22,961 nt of DNA from Anaerohalosphaeraceae bacterium (GCA_050309605.1 JBNRMN010000028.1:1-22961), one strand, 5' to 3'; shown: positions 1 to 9,735, counted from the stretch's first letter. Translations and numbers: made by a program. Notes: generated by a model not told the origin, from the letters alone.

Positions 1-955
<955 letters not shown>

Positions 956-1158
956 GTATCACTGACTCCGTTGTTCAACGGAAATCTTTGATTAGGAATC
1001 AACTTAAAAAAACTCGCTCACGCAACGAGTAACCAAGCTGATGTATCCGGAAAACCGGACGTTTTTTCACACCATTATGGTTTTAAGGACATCGAACCTC
1101 TTCGTCGTGAAGGCTCGAGGCCCTGTGCTCTCGTTGCATTGCGGCACCATTTATGAAC

Positions 1159-1170
1159 TTGTCAATGAGC
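1159..1170 (-). promoter_or_regulatory. boxA-like antitermination element of the rRNA leader
   Basis: The minus strand reads GCTCATTGACAA, resembling rrn boxA (GCTCTTTAACAA), and lies between the promoter and the 16S 5' end. Confidence 0.55.
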
Positions 1171-1280
1171 TTTCGAGATAAAAGGTCTCAAAAACCCGTT
1201 ACCTCGTTTTCGGAAATAATAAGCGGCCAAGCAACCGGTAACCTCTATTGACTTGCCCGCTTTCGCTTTCCGAAAAGATA

Positions 1281-1340
1281 ACTGTAACGCACAAACAAAA
1301 GACTGTCAATACTTTTTCAAAAAATTTTTTAACTTTTTTC
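1281..1340 (-). promoter_or_regulatory. sigma70 rRNA promoter with UP-like A/T tract
   Basis: Minus strand TTGACA (1309-1304), 17 bp, TACAGT (1286-1281), preceded by A/T tracts at 1310-1340. Confidence 0.8.
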
Positions 1341-1634
1341 CCTTCGCCGATTCCGGCCCAAAACCGTTTCGGCGTCGAGTGGCGTCTAAATACACCAAGT
1401 TGGACCGGTTTGCAAGCAAAAATACACGGATTTTTCTGTTTTTTCGGCAAATTGCCTCGCACCCCCCGTGTTTCGTTGGAAACCCCGCCTTCCTGGAAAA
1501 CTATAAGATTTTGAAAAAAAGAGAGTTATAGGAAATTCCACCGTCATTCCGCTCTGGAACGGCGACGTTGAAAAAACCGCTTAAATTAAAAAATGGTGTA
1601 TGAATATCCTGCCGATAATGTCTATATTAGTAGA

Positions 1635-2222
1635 ATGATGACGAAGATACCGCATACAAATGAAAACGAGTCTATGCTGGCGCTGGCCGCCAGCAACGGC
1701 GACAGGGCCGCGCTGGAAAAATTGCTGCAGCGAAACTGGATGTGGCTTAAGGGCATGGTCATAGCCGGAATCTACCGCTTTGACGCGATAGACGACATCC
1801 TGCAGGAAATCTGCATCAAGGTAATCGACAAAATCGACACGCTCAAAGAGCCGGAACGCTTCAAGCCGTGGCTGGCGACGATTGCCCGCCGCGAAATCGT
1901 TAATTTTCGTCGGGAACAGAAAAAACAAACCCAGTTGCTCAATCAGGTGCAGCAGGAGGTCGCCCCCCCCGACCCGCCAAGCCTGAATCAAGAGCACTGG
2001 ACGCAGGAGACCTGCGAATCGATTCTCGACGCCCTGAAGCGGCTGCCGGAAAAATATCGAGAGGTCTTTATATTGAAATATATCAAAGATTATTCGTATG
2101 CCGAAATCGCCGAGGCGCTGGATATTCCGTTTACCACGGTCCAGATTCGGCTGACGCGAAGCCGCCGAATGATTTATGACATTGTCAAAGAACGAATGCG
2201 TAATCGAAACAATCACAGATAG
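1635..2222 (+). CDS. ECF RNA polymerase sigma factor (RpoE/SigW-like); start uncertain (1593/1635/1638)
   Basis: Region 2 motifs (GDRAALEKL...DDILQE...FKPWLATIARR) and region 4 (LPEKYREVFILKYIKDYSYAEIAEALDIPFTTVQIRLTRSR). Confidence 0.92.
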   Translation: MMTKIPHTNENESMLALAASNGDRAALEKLLQRNWMWLKGMVIAGIYRFDAIDDILQEICIKVIDKIDTLKEPERFKPWLATIARREIVNFRREQKKQTQLLNQVQQEVAPPDPPSLNQEHWTQETCESILDALKRLPEKYREVFILKYIKDYSYAEIAEALDIPFTTVQIRLTRSRRMIYDIVKERMRNRNNHR

Positions 2223-2234
2223 ACAGGTGAACCT

Positions 2235-2792
2235 ATGGATAACGAAAAACTGGAAATCCTGATGGGCAAATTCTTCGACGGCGAGATTGAGCCGAGCGAA
2301 AAGCGTTTGCTCGACGCCCAGCTTGCCAACGATCCGCTGAACCGCCGGTTGTTCGAAGAATTCCAGACGCTGCATACCCAGTCGCAGGCTGAGGTCGCCG
2401 CACTGGCCGACCGGGGCCGCCCGTTTGACAAGGTGTTTGCCGCCGCCTGGAATAAGAGCCGGCCGCATCGCCGGCGTCTCAGGCTGCCGGTCGGGACGCT
2501 TCGCTTTGTCTCCGGCATGGCCGCCGGGCTGCTGCTGGCCGTGCTTATTCAGTTGACATACAGCCCTGCCGTTTCGCAGGACGAACCGCTGCTTGCCGGC
2601 TCGGCGATCCAAACGTCGATCCCCATCGCCGGGCCTGACCGCATCCTGACCCGTGCCGCCGGCGAAGGCACATCACCGGTCATCAAGGATGTGGATTACT
2701 ATTATTATATCGATGAAAACGGCCAGCAATGGCTGATCGAAGGATACCGTGAAAATATCAGAACCCAATTGGTCAGCTATCAGGATCTGTAA
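2235..2792 (+). CDS. Membrane-anchored anti-sigma factor (ASD-like, no Zn ligands)
   Basis: Directly follows the ECF gene. The N-terminal LMGKFFDGEIEPSEKRLLDAQL is an anti-sigma-domain pattern, followed by one TM helix (FVSGMAAGLLLAVLI). Confidence 0.78.
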   Translation: MDNEKLEILMGKFFDGEIEPSEKRLLDAQLANDPLNRRLFEEFQTLHTQSQAEVAALADRGRPFDKVFAAAWNKSRPHRRRLRLPVGTLRFVSGMAAGLLLAVLIQLTYSPAVSQDEPLLAGSAIQTSIPIAGPDRILTRAAGEGTSPVIKDVDYYYYIDENGQQWLIEGYRENIRTQLVSYQDL

Positions 2793-2823
2793 GCTGATGA
2801 TTGATTATGGAGGCAAACGTCTT

Positions 2824-3885
2824 ATGCGGCTCATTTTGAACTATGGTCTTGTTATAGTGATGGTGTCCGTTCTGTCGCTGCCGCTGGCGGGCCAGGACGA
2901 AGACAGGCAGCCTCCGCCGCCCCGTCCCTATCTGGGCGCCCGCCTTAGCTCGGACATCCCGAACCTGCTGCGAAAACATCTTCAGCTTGAGCCGGAACAA
3001 GGTCTGTTGATAGAAAATATCTTTCGCAACAGCCCGGCCGACAAAGCGGGACTGGATAAAGACGATATCATTTTAAGCATTAACAACGAACCGCTGACAA
3101 ACCCCCACGAGCTGTTTCGCACCATGCGCAATATCGGTATAGGCGACTCGGCAACAGCCGAAGTAATCCATTTGGGACAACTCCGTAACGTCACCATTAC
3201 CTTTGAAGCCATGGGGCCGCAATTCCGATTCGACCGTTCCGGCTGGAAATACCCCATTGAGCCTGATGAAAGCATGATCTTTCGACCGGGTCGAATGTTT
3301 CGCAGACAGCCGGGCGACCGCGAATGGATTGAAATCCCGTTCGAACAGATCAAAGAGCAAGCCCAAAGCGGGCAGTCGCAGTTGCCAAATCTCGGCACAC
3401 AGTATCATTTTCTTCACGATGACGGACAATCGGAATTCACGATTGTCATTGAAGGCAATCCGAACGAGCCGACCGCGACGGTGATCGTCAAAACCCCGGA
3501 CAAAGAATACTTCACAACGGCCGGACAGATTGATATGCTGCCCAGGGAGTATCAGCAAACGGTTAAGAACGATATCGAAAAGGCCAAACAAACATTTGAA
3601 CGAGGGCGAAACCTGCGCTTTCCACCGCAGATTGACTTCTCGCAATGGCAGCAATTCTTCACCGAAGGCGGACGTCCCCCGCGACCGGACTCACGCGGCC
3701 CCGATCCGCGCGGCCGCGACGGTGACTGGCGCAGGCCGGAGCAAAAAACGCAAGAGGATCCGCCCGGTTCCGAAGAACGACTGGAACGTCAACTGGAAAT
3801 GTTAATCCGGCAGATTGAACAAATGCAGGAACGGCAAAAAGCCCTTGAAGCTTTGCTCGAAGAAAAAAGCCAGGACTCAGACTAA
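2824..3885 (+). CDS. Exported PDZ-domain protein without a protease domain
   Basis: RBS GGAGG at 2809-2813, a signal peptide, an HtrA-type PDZ (PYLGARL...GLLIENIFRNSPADKAGLDKDDIILSIN) and a C-terminal coiled coil. Confidence 0.82.
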   Translation: MRLILNYGLVIVMVSVLSLPLAGQDEDRQPPPPRPYLGARLSSDIPNLLRKHLQLEPEQGLLIENIFRNSPADKAGLDKDDIILSINNEPLTNPHELFRTMRNIGIGDSATAEVIHLGQLRNVTITFEAMGPQFRFDRSGWKYPIEPDESMIFRPGRMFRRQPGDREWIEIPFEQIKEQAQSGQSQLPNLGTQYHFLHDDGQSEFTIVIEGNPNEPTATVIVKTPDKEYFTTAGQIDMLPREYQQTVKNDIEKAKQTFERGRNLRFPPQIDFSQWQQFFTEGGRPPRPDSRGPDPRGRDGDWRRPEQKTQEDPPGSEERLERQLEMLIRQIEQMQERQKALEALLEEKSQDSD

Positions 3886-3905
3886 ACGCCAATTTCAACG
3901 GACAA

Positions 3906-4325
3906 ATGGTTTACACACAGACGCTGCAAGTTCCGACGCACGGCAATTGCCATCTGGTGGATATAACGGCGCAGGTACAACAGGCGCTCGATCAATCCGG
4001 ACTTAAAAACGGTGTAGTCACCGTCTTCAATGTTGGTTCCACGGCCGGAATCACGACGATAGAATTTGAGCCGGGACTGGTCCATCACGATATGAAGGCC
4101 GCGTTTGAAAAACTCGCCCCGGAAAACGCCTCATACGAACACGAAAAGACCTGGCACGATGACAACGGCCACGCCCACGTGCGGGCAAGCCTGCTGGGGC
4201 CGTCGTTGGCTGTTCCTTTCTGCGACGGCGTGCTGACCCTCGGCACATGGCAGCAAATCACCCTGATCGACTTTGACACCCGCAAACGCACCCGAAAGAT
4301 CGTTTGCCAGATCATCGGCGACTAA
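3906..4325 (+). CDS. yjbQ: YjbQ/UPF0047 family protein
   Basis: Motifs VDITAQV, STAGITTIE, NGHAHVRASLLG and LGTWQQITLIDFD. Confidence 0.93.
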   Translation: MVYTQTLQVPTHGNCHLVDITAQVQQALDQSGLKNGVVTVFNVGSTAGITTIEFEPGLVHHDMKAAFEKLAPENASYEHEKTWHDDNGHAHVRASLLGPSLAVPFCDGVLTLGTWQQITLIDFDTRKRTRKIVCQIIGD

Positions 4326-4356
4326 CAGACCGAATTACCCGCAATGAGAGCCTCAA

Positions 4357-4381
4357 GAGCGGCCCGCTTGCGCGGCCGTTC
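4357..4381. repeat. Solitary REP-like hairpin related to the 11954-12617 array
   Basis: GAGCGGCC-cgcttgcgc-GGCCGTTC stem between convergent genes. It contains ccgcttgcgcggccg (4364-4378), identical to the right arm of array units. Confidence 0.6.
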
Positions 4382-4418
4382 GGTCCCTTCATTTTTCGGA
4401 TGCGCGGCATAGATGAAG

Positions 4419-5219
4419 TTATGTCGCGTAGCTGTGCAGACCGGCAAAAAGGCTTGACAGGTTGACCCACAACAGCGTGATAACGATAGAAAGAAGCCCG
4501 ACAATGACCAGCCACAGGCGCATGCGGATGTATTGCTTCGGATGGGCGATGCGCCAGTGAAAGTAGAACATATAGACCAGCCAGCAGACCAGCGACCAAA
4601 GTTCTTTGGGGTCCCACCCCCACCAGTCGCCCCAGGCCAGCTTGCCCCAAACACTGCCAAGAATCAACCCCAGCGACAACAGAGGAAATCCGGCCGCGGC
4701 CATGCCGCAGCTTTGTCGTTCGGCCTCCACCAGACGCTGGCCCTGATAGCCTCCGGCCAGCGCGGCGGCGGCGGGAATAGCCGCTCGGGCCATCAGCACA
4801 TAGGCGATCATATACGCCGCGACGTGCGGGCCGAACAGCACGCTTTGCAAGGCCGGCGGCAGCGGTCTTGTCGCGGCCGAGAACACAAATCCCGGCGGAA
4901 AACACACCAGCACCCCGATCAACGCATCCCCGGCGGACATCACCCACGATCGGCTGTTCTGCATCCGCTCGGTCAGCAGCGAAATCGGCCAAATGAGCAC
5001 GGCCATGAGTAAAAACACCTCAAACAGATTCTGCATCGGCAGGTGCGTGGACAGGATCCATCGGGTGATATAGCTTGCCAGTGCCGCGACAAAAGCCAGC
5101 GCAAACCACCCATAACCGGCCCCGGCTTTGCGCCTGCGCAATACGCTCACCAGTGCCGCCAGATAGCCGGCCATCGTCAGATAAATCAGCATCCCCTGAA
5201 TGTCCCATTTAATCTGCAT
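4419..5219 (-). CDS. ccsA: Cytochrome c biogenesis protein CcsA/ResC (System II)
   Basis: WWD motif WGDWWGWDPKE, HLPMQNLFE, PALQS..HV and C-terminal GLHSYA. The ATG at 5219 has a GGAG RBS and overlaps the upstream stop. Confidence 0.95.
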   Translation of the reverse strand: MQIKWDIQGMLIYLTMAGYLAALVSVLRRRKAGAGYGWFALAFVAALASYITRWILSTHLPMQNLFEVFLLMAVLIWPISLLTERMQNSRSWVMSAGDALIGVLVCFPPGFVFSAATRPLPPALQSVLFGPHVAAYMIAYVLMARAAIPAAAALAGGYQGQRLVEAERQSCGMAAAGFPLLSLGLILGSVWGKLAWGDWWGWDPKELWSLVCWLVYMFYFHWRIAHPKQYIRMRLWLVIVGLLSIVITLLWVNLSSLFAGLHSYAT

Positions 5220-6261
5220 CGGCGGCTCCACGTGATGTGCGGCGGCGCAGCGGCAACACCCAATATTGCCCAAACAGCCCGACACTGAGCAGTGCATACC
5301 CGAAAAAGACAAGTCCGACACCGCGGCTGGATACGACCATAATCCCGCTGTACGGACCGATTTCGTCCTGTCCGAACGTGTTCTGGTAGAAATGGTAGCC
5401 GCCGTAGGCCAGCGGGTCATTGACGCGGATGGTCTTTTCCCGCACGATTTGACCGTCTCTTTCGATTTTCAGCAGGCTTTTGTATTCTTTGGGCTTGTGC
5501 GGCGGCAAATAGCGAGCTAAAAACGGCGCATTCGGCAAAAAATGCGGATCGACCCGTTCAAACACATACTGCCGTGATTCGCTGCCGTCGGGCAGGGTCA
5601 AGGTCACTTCGCAGCCCGGATTGCTGCGGTCCGGCGGCCCCTCAAAACCCTTCATACCCTCGTGGTCCCGCTGAAGCCGCAGATTTTCAAATCGCTGTGT
5701 CAGTGTAACTTTCACGGTGGAGCCGTCGGGGTCTGAAATGTGGACTGTCTGGCCGACTATCACGGGAATAACCCCGATGAGTTTGCCGCTGCGTGCGTAT
5801 ATCCCGATGCTCGGTTCGTCATAATAACTGACGCCGGTTTCGGCCAAATGAACGATAAAAGGCAATTCAAACGGGTCGTGCTGATGGTCTCTATACACCT
5901 GCCGGTCGGCCTGCCCCTGCCGCAGCATCATCACGCCTTTCGTCAATCGCGCCTCCCATCCGGCCGCGGCGCGCAGACGGTGAGCCGCTGAAGACCCCCA
6001 AAGCCCCCCCAGTAACACCGCCACACACCCGGCATGGCACAGCAGTAAAAACGGACGCCGACGAAGCGACTTCCAAAAGACAAAACCGACCGAAAACAGA
6101 GCCGTCAGCAGAATCCAAAACACCGCCAGCGGTGGTGAATTGAAAAACAGCCTGGCCCTGTCAGCGCCCAGAAACGCGCCGGTTATGCTGAAAAGTATCA
6201 ACAGCAGCATAAAAAACAGCGCCAGATTCAGCGTCAGATAACGCGCGACGATTTTGTTCAT
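5209..6261 (-). CDS. resB: Cytochrome c biogenesis protein ResB/CcsB-like
   Basis: Three N-terminal TM helices ending in LLCHAG, IRVNDPLAYGGYHFYQ, a C-terminal TM helix, and coupling to ccsA. Confidence 0.85.
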   Translation of the reverse strand: MNKIVARYLTLNLALFFMLLLILFSITGAFLGADRARLFFNSPPLAVFWILLTALFSVGFVFWKSLRRRPFLLLCHAGCVAVLLGGLWGSSAAHRLRAAAGWEARLTKGVMMLRQGQADRQVYRDHQHDPFELPFIVHLAETGVSYYDEPSIGIYARSGKLIGVIPVIVGQTVHISDPDGSTVKVTLTQRFENLRLQRDHEGMKGFEGPPDRSNPGCEVTLTLPDGSESRQYVFERVDPHFLPNAPFLARYLPPHKPKEYKSLLKIERDGQIVREKTIRVNDPLAYGGYHFYQNTFGQDEIGPYSGIMVVSSRGVGLVFFGYALLSVGLFGQYWVLPLRRRTSRGAADAD

Positions 6262-6452
6262 ACACAGACCGGTTTAAGTGGGTAATCTGTCTTTAATTTC
6301 AGCGATAACTGTCGTAATGACAATGGGTTGGATTATCTTTGCGGAGCTTGGAATTGCAAGAAAAAATATCCGCCGACAAAAGCAAAATCGAACGGATCAG
6401 CCGGCGCGGTCGGCTTGCCTAACGCATCGGCAGCCGCGGGTGCGGCCGGAAC

Positions 6453-6656
6453 TTAGGCGACAACGGCACACATATCGTGGTCGCGAATTTCCTGAGCAAT
6501 CCTGAACGCGGCGTCAAGCGCCAGCGAAAAAACAGGGTCGAGAGGGTCGCAAATGCGATGCGCCTGAAGAAAACACTCCGCCAGCGAGGTGGCGTTCGAA
6601 AAGCCAACCATGCGGATCTGGTCATACATCCAGCCTGAAATCTGTTCCTGTGTCAT
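6453..6656 (-). CDS. Small hypothetical protein (67 aa)
   Basis: Strong RBS AGGAGA about 6 nt before the ATG, an otherwise empty intergenic position, and a sigma28-like promoter upstream. Confidence 0.65.
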   Translation of the reverse strand: MTQEQISGWMYDQIRMVGFSNATSLAECFLQAHRICDPLDPVFSLALDAAFRIAQEIRDHDMCAVVA

Positions 6657-6727
6657 TGCTCATCTCCTAAATCGAAAGACGTGCCGCCGGTTCGAACACG
6701 AACAGACCGGCGCTGCTTTCCACAGGT

Positions 6728-6755
6728 ATATCGGTCGGGCAGCGGGTTTTATTGA
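6728..6755 (-). promoter_or_regulatory. Putative sigma28-like promoter of the 67-aa ORF
   Basis: TCAA-N16-ACCGATAT, compared with the sigma28/SigD consensus TAAA-N15/16-GCCGATA(A/T). Confidence 0.4.
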
Positions 6756-6917
6756 ATTTTTTTGAAATCCGTCCACGACTCGCCCGAACACCCCCACTCC
6801 AAGCCAACAGGCGGCTATAGGTCTGGTATAGGGGTTTTTCCCTATAAGGGGCCGACATTATAGGGGTGATAATAACAGTGATATCTGTATTTTTTTCAGG
6901 ATTGTCCGATAAAACAC

Positions 6918-6945
6918 TAAAGAGTTTGGGGGGGTGTGTCGATAA
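6918..6945 (+). promoter_or_regulatory. Putative sigma28-like promoter of the ParA-CBM gene
   Basis: TAAA-N16-GTCGATAA; the spacer contains a G7 run. Confidence 0.45.
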
Positions 6946-7026
6946 TAACAGTGTGGATAATACGGTTAATAATTCGGTTTTTGGAAAATGCCGGTTTCCC
7001 GGCAGGTTAAAGGAGTAACCCATACC

Positions 7027-8244
7027 ATGAGGACTGTGGCTGTTATCAACCAGAAGGGCGGTTGCGGCAAGACGACGGTGGCGATCAATCTGGCCAGTGC
7101 CCTGGCATCCAAAGGGTATCGGACGCTGCTGGTCGATATGGATCCGCAATCGCACTGCGCGGTCGGGCTGGCGGTTCCCGAAGAACAGATCGAACAAAGT
7201 ATTTATGATGTGCTGATCGGAACCGGACGCGGCGAGCCGATGCGAATCAGTGAGATTCTCTGGCAGATCTGCGAACGGTTTGAGCTGGCGCCGTCCAGTA
7301 TCGATCTGGCGGCTTTTGAGCAGCAGATGGCGGGAGTGGCCGACCGTGAAAATTGCCTGACCAAAGTGCTCCAATCCCTTCGCGATGAGTATGATTATGT
7401 GCTGATTGACTGTCCGCCGTCGGTGGGCTTGCTGACGTTTAACGCACTGCGGGCGTCAACCGATGTGGTCATTCCGGTAGAGATGGGCTATTTTTCGCTG
7501 CACGGCCTCAGCAAGCAGCTTGAGACGCTCCAGGTCCTGTGCCGTCAGTGCGAACAGCACATCAATGTCATGGTGCTGGCCAGCATGTACGACATTCGTA
7601 CCAAGATGGCCCGCGAGATTCTGGCGGAGCTGAAGAAGAATTTCTCAGAGAAAATGTTCAAAACGGTGGTCAATTTCAACACCAAACTCAAAGAAGCCGC
7701 CAGTCTCGGCCAGCCGATCAGCGAGTATGACCCGTCCAGCAAAGGCTTCAAGGACTTTTTGAATCTGGCCGATGAGCTGATCGGAACCGATACACAGATG
7801 CATCGCGCCGAGCTGGTCAATTCGCTGCAGGCCAAGCTGGGCATTATCAGCGCCAGCGCCGACGAACTGCTGGCGACGATCACGCCCGACAGGCAACAAC
7901 AGCAGCAGGTCGAACCATCCGAGGCCGCGGCAACCGCAACCCTCGATGAAAAGCTGGCCGATTTTTACGGCGCTCATCAGCTCAACGGCAAGGTGGTGTT
8001 CTCGACGTTTTATCCGCGAGCCAAAACCGTTCAGATCGCCGGCGACTTCAACGGCTGGAATCCTCAGGAAACCACAATGCAGAAAGTCAGCGACAACGGC
8101 AAATGGCAGCTCCAACTGCCGCTGGAGAAAGGAACCTATCGCTATCGTCTGGTCGTGGACGGCCAGTGGCAGCAGGACCCGTACAATGAACTGACCGAGA
8201 TGAATCCCTTCGGAGAGATGAACTCGGTGCTGTACGTCGATTAA
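7027..8244 (+). CDS. ParA/Soj-family ATPase fused to a C-terminal AMPK-beta-like (CBM48-like) glycogen-binding domain
   Basis: Deviant Walker A KGGCGKTT, VDMDPQ, Walker B YVLIDCPP, then a Q-rich linker and VQIAGDFNGWNP...GKWQLQLPLEKGTYRYRLVVDGQWQQDPYN...NPFGEMNSVL. RBS AGGAG upstream of ATG 7027. Confidence 0.92.
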   Translation: MRTVAVINQKGGCGKTTVAINLASALASKGYRTLLVDMDPQSHCAVGLAVPEEQIEQSIYDVLIGTGRGEPMRISEILWQICERFELAPSSIDLAAFEQQMAGVADRENCLTKVLQSLRDEYDYVLIDCPPSVGLLTFNALRASTDVVIPVEMGYFSLHGLSKQLETLQVLCRQCEQHINVMVLASMYDIRTKMAREILAELKKNFSEKMFKTVVNFNTKLKEAASLGQPISEYDPSSKGFKDFLNLADELIGTDTQMHRAELVNSLQAKLGIISASADELLATITPDRQQQQQVEPSEAAATATLDEKLADFYGAHQLNGKVVFSTFYPRAKTVQIAGDFNGWNPQETTMQKVSDNGKWQLQLPLEKGTYRYRLVVDGQWQQDPYNELTEMNPFGEMNSVLYVD

Positions 8245-8276
8245 GACCGTCTATGACGACCCATCAATACGCAAAG

Positions 8277-8310
8277 GCGAGCGGATAAGCGATTATCGGC
8301 TCGCTTTTTT
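8277..8310 (+). terminator. Rho-independent terminator between convergent genes
   Basis: Stem GCGAGCGGATAA / TTATCGGCTCGC (1 mismatch), GCGA loop, then T6. Confidence 0.8.
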
Positions 8311-8370
8311 CGTTTCTGTCAGATATGTGCCTTTGCTTCTGCCTTGAGCATCCCGGTTCGCGAGGCGTTT

Positions 8371-9735
8371 TTACAGCGCGTTGACAGACCAGCCGGAGCG
8401 ATAGGTTTTGCCGAGAAAGGCGTTGGCCTCAGGCAGGTTTGAAAACTGTTTTGCCTGGGCATCCCAATGAAGGGTTTGCCGCGAAAGCGGCTCACGCAGT
8501 TCCACCCGCAGCGCCACATTGCCCATCAGCACCACCTCGGTCAGACGGCCGGCAAAGACAAAATTGGATCCGGTCGCCGAGCCGGTCTTGCAGGCGGCCA
8601 GCCATTCTTCATAGTGGCCGATGGATCGCGGCAGCGTCTTCGGCGGCGGGGTGTAGTCGCGTCGTCGGGATTCGGGGATGATCCATCCGTCAAGGATTTT
8701 GCCTTTTTCGCCGATGTACAGGGTACCGCCGTCGCCGAGCTGTCGGCCCGATTCCAGTTCCGCCGGCCGCGGCGGCTTGAGGCCGCCGTCATACCACGTC
8801 AGCGTCACCGGCGGCATCTGCTCACGGGCCGGAAAAGAATACGTCACCATTGAAGCGACCGGATAGCTTTCTGCGTTGACGCGGGTACAGGAGGCCTGAA
8901 CCGTTTGCGGGTAATCCAGTTTCAGTGCCCGAAACACCGCATCCATCGAATGGCAGCCGATATCGCCCAGTGCGCCGGTGCCGAAATCCCACCAGCCGCG
9001 CCAGCGGAAGGGATGATAGGCCGGATGATACGGACGCGCAGGCGCCGGCCCCAGCCACATATCCCAGTCCAGATGTCCCGGCACGGCCGGTCTGTCGCCC
9101 GGACGGTCAATGCCCTGCGGCCAATAAACGCCAAACGCCCCCTGCATCGGTCGATCCGTCCAGACGTGAACCTCGCGCACCGGGCCGATAGCCCCGTCGG
9201 CGATCAGTTCCTGAATGCGGGCGGTACCTTCCGAGGCGTGCCCCTGGTTGCCCATCTGAGTGGCAACGTTGTATTTTTGAGCAAATTCAGCCATAAGCCG
9301 GGCTTCTTCAACGGTGTGGGTCAGGGGTTTTTGGCAATAGACATGTTTGCCGCGTTTCATCGCTGCCAGTGCAATAATCGCATGGGTGTGGTCGGGCGTG
9401 GCGATCATCACGGCGTCCAGGTCTTTTTCCTTGTCCAGCATAAGCCGCCAGTCCCGATAGCGCTTGGCGCCTGGAAATGCAGCGTAGGCGCGAGCCGCAA
9501 GCCGGTCATCTACATCGCACAGGGCAGCGATATTGTGTTCGCTGACGCTTTGGGCGTCGGAAAACCCCTTGCCGCCCAGACCGACACAGGCAATGTTGAG
9601 TGTTTCACTGGGCGGCGTTGGCCCGTTGCCCAGGACGTGTCGCGAAACCAGCGTAAAGGCCGCAGCCGCAGTGCTGCATTTGAGGAATTGACGGCGGGTG
9701 GTGTGCGATGGGTGTGCGATTTTCTGTATTTCCAT
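8371..9735 (-). CDS. Tat-exported Gfo/Idh/MocA family oxidoreductase
   Basis: Twin-arginine signal TRRQFLK, NIACVGLGGKG, IATPDHTH, VYCQKPL, LDWDMWLGPAP and GALGDIGCH. Confidence 0.95.
   Translation of the reverse strand: MEIQKIAHPSHTTRRQFLKCSTAAAAFTLVSRHVLGNGPTPPSETLNIACVGLGGKGFSDAQSVSEHNIAALCDVDDRLAARAYAAFPGAKRYRDWRLMLDKEKDLDAVMIATPDHTHAIIALAAMKRGKHVYCQKPLTHTVEEARLMAEFAQKYNVATQMGNQGHASEGTARIQELIADGAIGPVREVHVWTDRPMQGAFGVYWPQGIDRPGDRPAVPGHLDWDMWLGPAPARPYHPAYHPFRWRGWWDFGTGALGDIGCHSMDAVFRALKLDYPQTVQASCTRVNAESYPVASMVTYSFPAREQMPPVTLTWYDGGLKPPRPAELESGRQLGDGGTLYIGEKGKILDGWIIPESRRRDYTPPPKTLPRSIGHYEEWLAACKTGSATGSNFVFAGRLTEVVLMGNVALRVELREPLSRQTLHWDAQAKQFSNLPEANAFLGKTYRSGWSVNAL

Noticed and set aside
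1963..1970. C8 tract in the first ECF gene as a phase-variation site
   Set aside because: The gene is in frame and the run encodes a Pro-rich linker; nothing indicates switching.
6657..7026. Replication origin next to a parA-like gene
   Set aside because: Only one perfect DnaA box (6952-6960) and one mismatched box (6716-6724); no dnaA, dnaN or parB nearby and no clear unwinding element.
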